A DNA stretch of 64,000 nucleotides. It comes from Trichodelitschia bisporula. Its lineage: Eukaryota. A model generated the notes under the pieces. It saw only the letters and a program-made list of their open reading frames with translations. It ran no database searches and had not been told where the DNA came from. How positions within the stretch are numbered: position 1 is the first letter of the stretch; each line of letters starts with the position of its first letter. This document shows positions 61,652-64,000 of this stretch, piece after piece. The stretch is taken from positions 808,364 to 872,363 of the forward strand of contig ML996696.1 of NCBI GenBank assembly GCA_010356995.1, given 5' to 3'. The position numbers and the translations under genes are program-made.

Positions 61652-62566
61652 ATGCCACCTCGCAAGGAGAAGGTCGAGAAGGCCACTGGCGATGCGGGTG
61701 GGTGAATGAAGCGCTCAATGGCGTTGCTAACAACGGCCAGCCACGGACGCCGTGCTCTCCTACCTTCGTAAGATACCCCTCACCTCATTCAGCCCCTTTA
61801 ACACACCCAGGCCAGCAAAAGTACTTCCCCACACCTTCGGGTCCCAGCGTATTACAACTAACCACCGCCATCCGGCACGCAGCCGTCCCTACTCCGTACG
61901 CTCCCCCCTCTCTCCCCAGCCTGTCCTAAGCTAACAGCACCAGGCAACCGACATATCAGCCAACCTGCACAACAAAGTAACAAAAGGTACCCCCCCGCCC
62001 CCACTCAAACCCAACCTAACCCCCCAGCCGCCGCAGCAAAGATCTGCAAAGACCTCGCCGAGCGTAACGAAATTGCCAGCCGCGCCTCGGGCAAACAAAT
62101 CGTCTACCACGCCCTGCAGGCACGTCACCCACCCCTCCCCTCACCGTAACTAACAGCTCAGGACCCAGCGCTCTTAGAGCAGTGTACGCCCGAACACCTC
62201 ACCTCCCTCGACGCTGCGCTGCGCGACGCACAAGCTGAGATTGCGGAGCTCAAATCGCGGCATAAGGTCCTGACTGCACAGCTGGCGACGCTGAGTAAGG
62301 CGGTGCCGCTTGCAGAACTACAGGCGAGGAATGAGGCGCTGGTGGAGGAGAAGGAGGGGTTGGAGAGGAGGATTGAGAGGTTGAGGATGGGTGCTGTGGG
62401 GCCGGTGAGGGAGGGGGAGAGAGAGGAGATTGATAGGGAACTCAAGAGGGTGGAGAGGGTTGTGGCGCGGCGGAAGGGGATTGTGCGCGAGATGTGGGCG
62501 GTTATTAGTGAGGCGGTGGGAGAGGGGAAGGAGGAGTTGAGGGAGGAGCTTGGGGTAGAGATTTAG
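61652..62566 (+). CDS. HOP2: Hop2/TBPIP (Meu13) meiotic pairing protein, 7 exons
   Basis: Spliced: VLSYLRQQNRPYSATDISANLHNKVTK..GKQIVYHALQ, coiled coil, RRKGI..MW..EELGVE. Confidence 0.88.
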
Positions 62567-63580
62567 GGGTGTTGGAGGCGATGCGGTGGGATGTGAAGGA
62601 TACGAGTGTGGATGCTCAGAAGCAGATTTGATCCTCTCTCAGACCATAATCTGAATGCACAATCCCATGATACAACCCTCGACATGATCCCTCGTCTCGA
62701 CCTTCCGGACGCTGATCTTTGACATTCCCAACCCGTCGGTATGGTACCCTAACCCCTTTCGGCCTGATGCCACGCCCCGAACCATATCTTCGGGTCGGTA
62801 CCCGCCCTCACGGCCCGTGCGCCGTTCCACGGCCGGCGAACGGGGAATCTTGGCGATATGGGAGGCGGACTTCACCGTGAACCTCGTGAGAGTGTGATAT
62901 GAAGCTTCGGCGTTGCGCAGTTCCAGAGTTAAACATGGATTTGGGTGATCCGATACTCCGCAGATACGGTGGGAATAAGCACGCCTATCGCAGATCTGCA
63001 AATCCCGCCCCAACTTCAGCACCGAGGGATGTGAGCACGCAATGTCCATGATCAACGTGCAAAGCGAACACGAGTTTCGTTAAGCGTTCGCCGTCTCGCA
63101 AATAACTACCGATCTTTCTTATACCGGTTTCCGCCCCGATGCGGCATCGCCTCTTCACACGTGGGAGGGCGCAATTTCGCTTCCGGCACCCGCTTCATTC
63201 CAGAACACGGGCCGGGCGCGGGGGGCGCCGATCAGTGGAGTTCCACGTTTCGGGTGCCGAGGCGGGAGGGGCGCCTTAAGGCGTGCACTCGAAGATCACC
63301 AAAAGAGTGGGGGCGGCAACGTTCTTCAATTGCCGATTAAGTTGCGTGTTCGCTTCCTGACATGCAGAGCCGACTCCGGCCTAAGATCATCACTATCAAA
63401 TCAATGCCCAACGCCATGCTGTAAATGCACCCGCCCACCGCTATCCGACCGACCATGCACCCTTCCCCCAAGTCCTACCGCCAAATGAAACATACATACG
63501 GAGTACGCTTCGCAACGGGCATGCGCGCCGGAGGATCAGGATGAATCCGCATCCCGCGTGGCCTCGTGGCAAAACGCGTG

Positions 63581-63690
63581 CTCCCGCTCCCACTCCCACG
63601 AGGCAAACAGCCCGCTCCCATTCTCACGAGGCAGAAAGCCTACTCCCACGAGGGCAAACAGCCCGCTCCCACTCCCATGAGGCACATGCA
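63581..63690 (+). repeat. Short tandem repeat (cccgctcccactcccacgaggcaaacag-like, ~4 copies)
   Basis: Direct copies visible; one frame reads RSHSHEA repeats. Confidence 0.65.
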
Positions 63691-64000
63691 CAATCCCCTC
63701 ACCCCGCCGCCTCACAATCCAACTCCCCCAACGCCGCCGTAAGCGTACGCCTCGCCTCAAACTCCCCCCCACTCCCGGGGCGCACATGCGCCGTCACAAT
63801 CGCCACGAGGGCACGATACACCGCATACCTGCTTTCATCAGCCTTGTAAACCATAAAACTCAACCCAACACGGTGCTCACAGCAACCCCCTAACCCTCGC
63901 TCCCCCCCCCTCAGTACCCCCCCACCCGAGAAGCCCGGTGACCCACCACTCCCCCCCGCGCTCCTCTACCAAAATCCCGCTCTCGTCGAGACCGAGGGGG

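Noticed and set aside
62639..63055. 138 aa minus-strand ORF after HOP2
   Set aside because: No recognisable motif and atypical codon usage

Overview
Eukaryotic genomic DNA from a filamentous ascomycete (Pezizomycotina-type genes with short GT-AG introns and CTRAY branch sites, GC-rich). Two blocks of conserved housekeeping genes are present. The first (0.2-14 kb) holds an enoyl-CoA hydratase, a GPI protein, an AMSH-like DUB, MRPL36, a flavin reductase-like protein, MED11, TAF5, prefoldin 6 and VPS4. The second (27-63 kb) holds TIP20/RINT1, NOP9, a WSC sensor, a J-protein, MIC26/27, DAM1, a LEA-like protein, an SH3b-like secreted protein, a Sel1-repeat chitin synthase activator and HOP2. Between them lies a ~12.5 kb interval (14.2-26.8 kb) with no intact protein gene, made of successive degenerate tandem-repeat arrays around a tRNA-Gln(CTG). 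The best candidate for an undescribed system is in this interval. On the minus strand, a TATA box and CT-rich leader (~26.57 kb) point into a ~305 bp-unit array. Nearly every unit keeps a canonical 49-53 nt spliceosomal intron although no reading frame survives. Short fragments of unrelated genes (NB-ARC NLR, MYND finger, others) are inserted into individual repeat units. Other points of note are a 61-bp G.U-biased RNA hairpin, a decayed Crinkler-like NTPase-nuclease gene, a duplicated terminal exon and an intron that splits a CaaX box. All calls were made by eye; no database searches were run.
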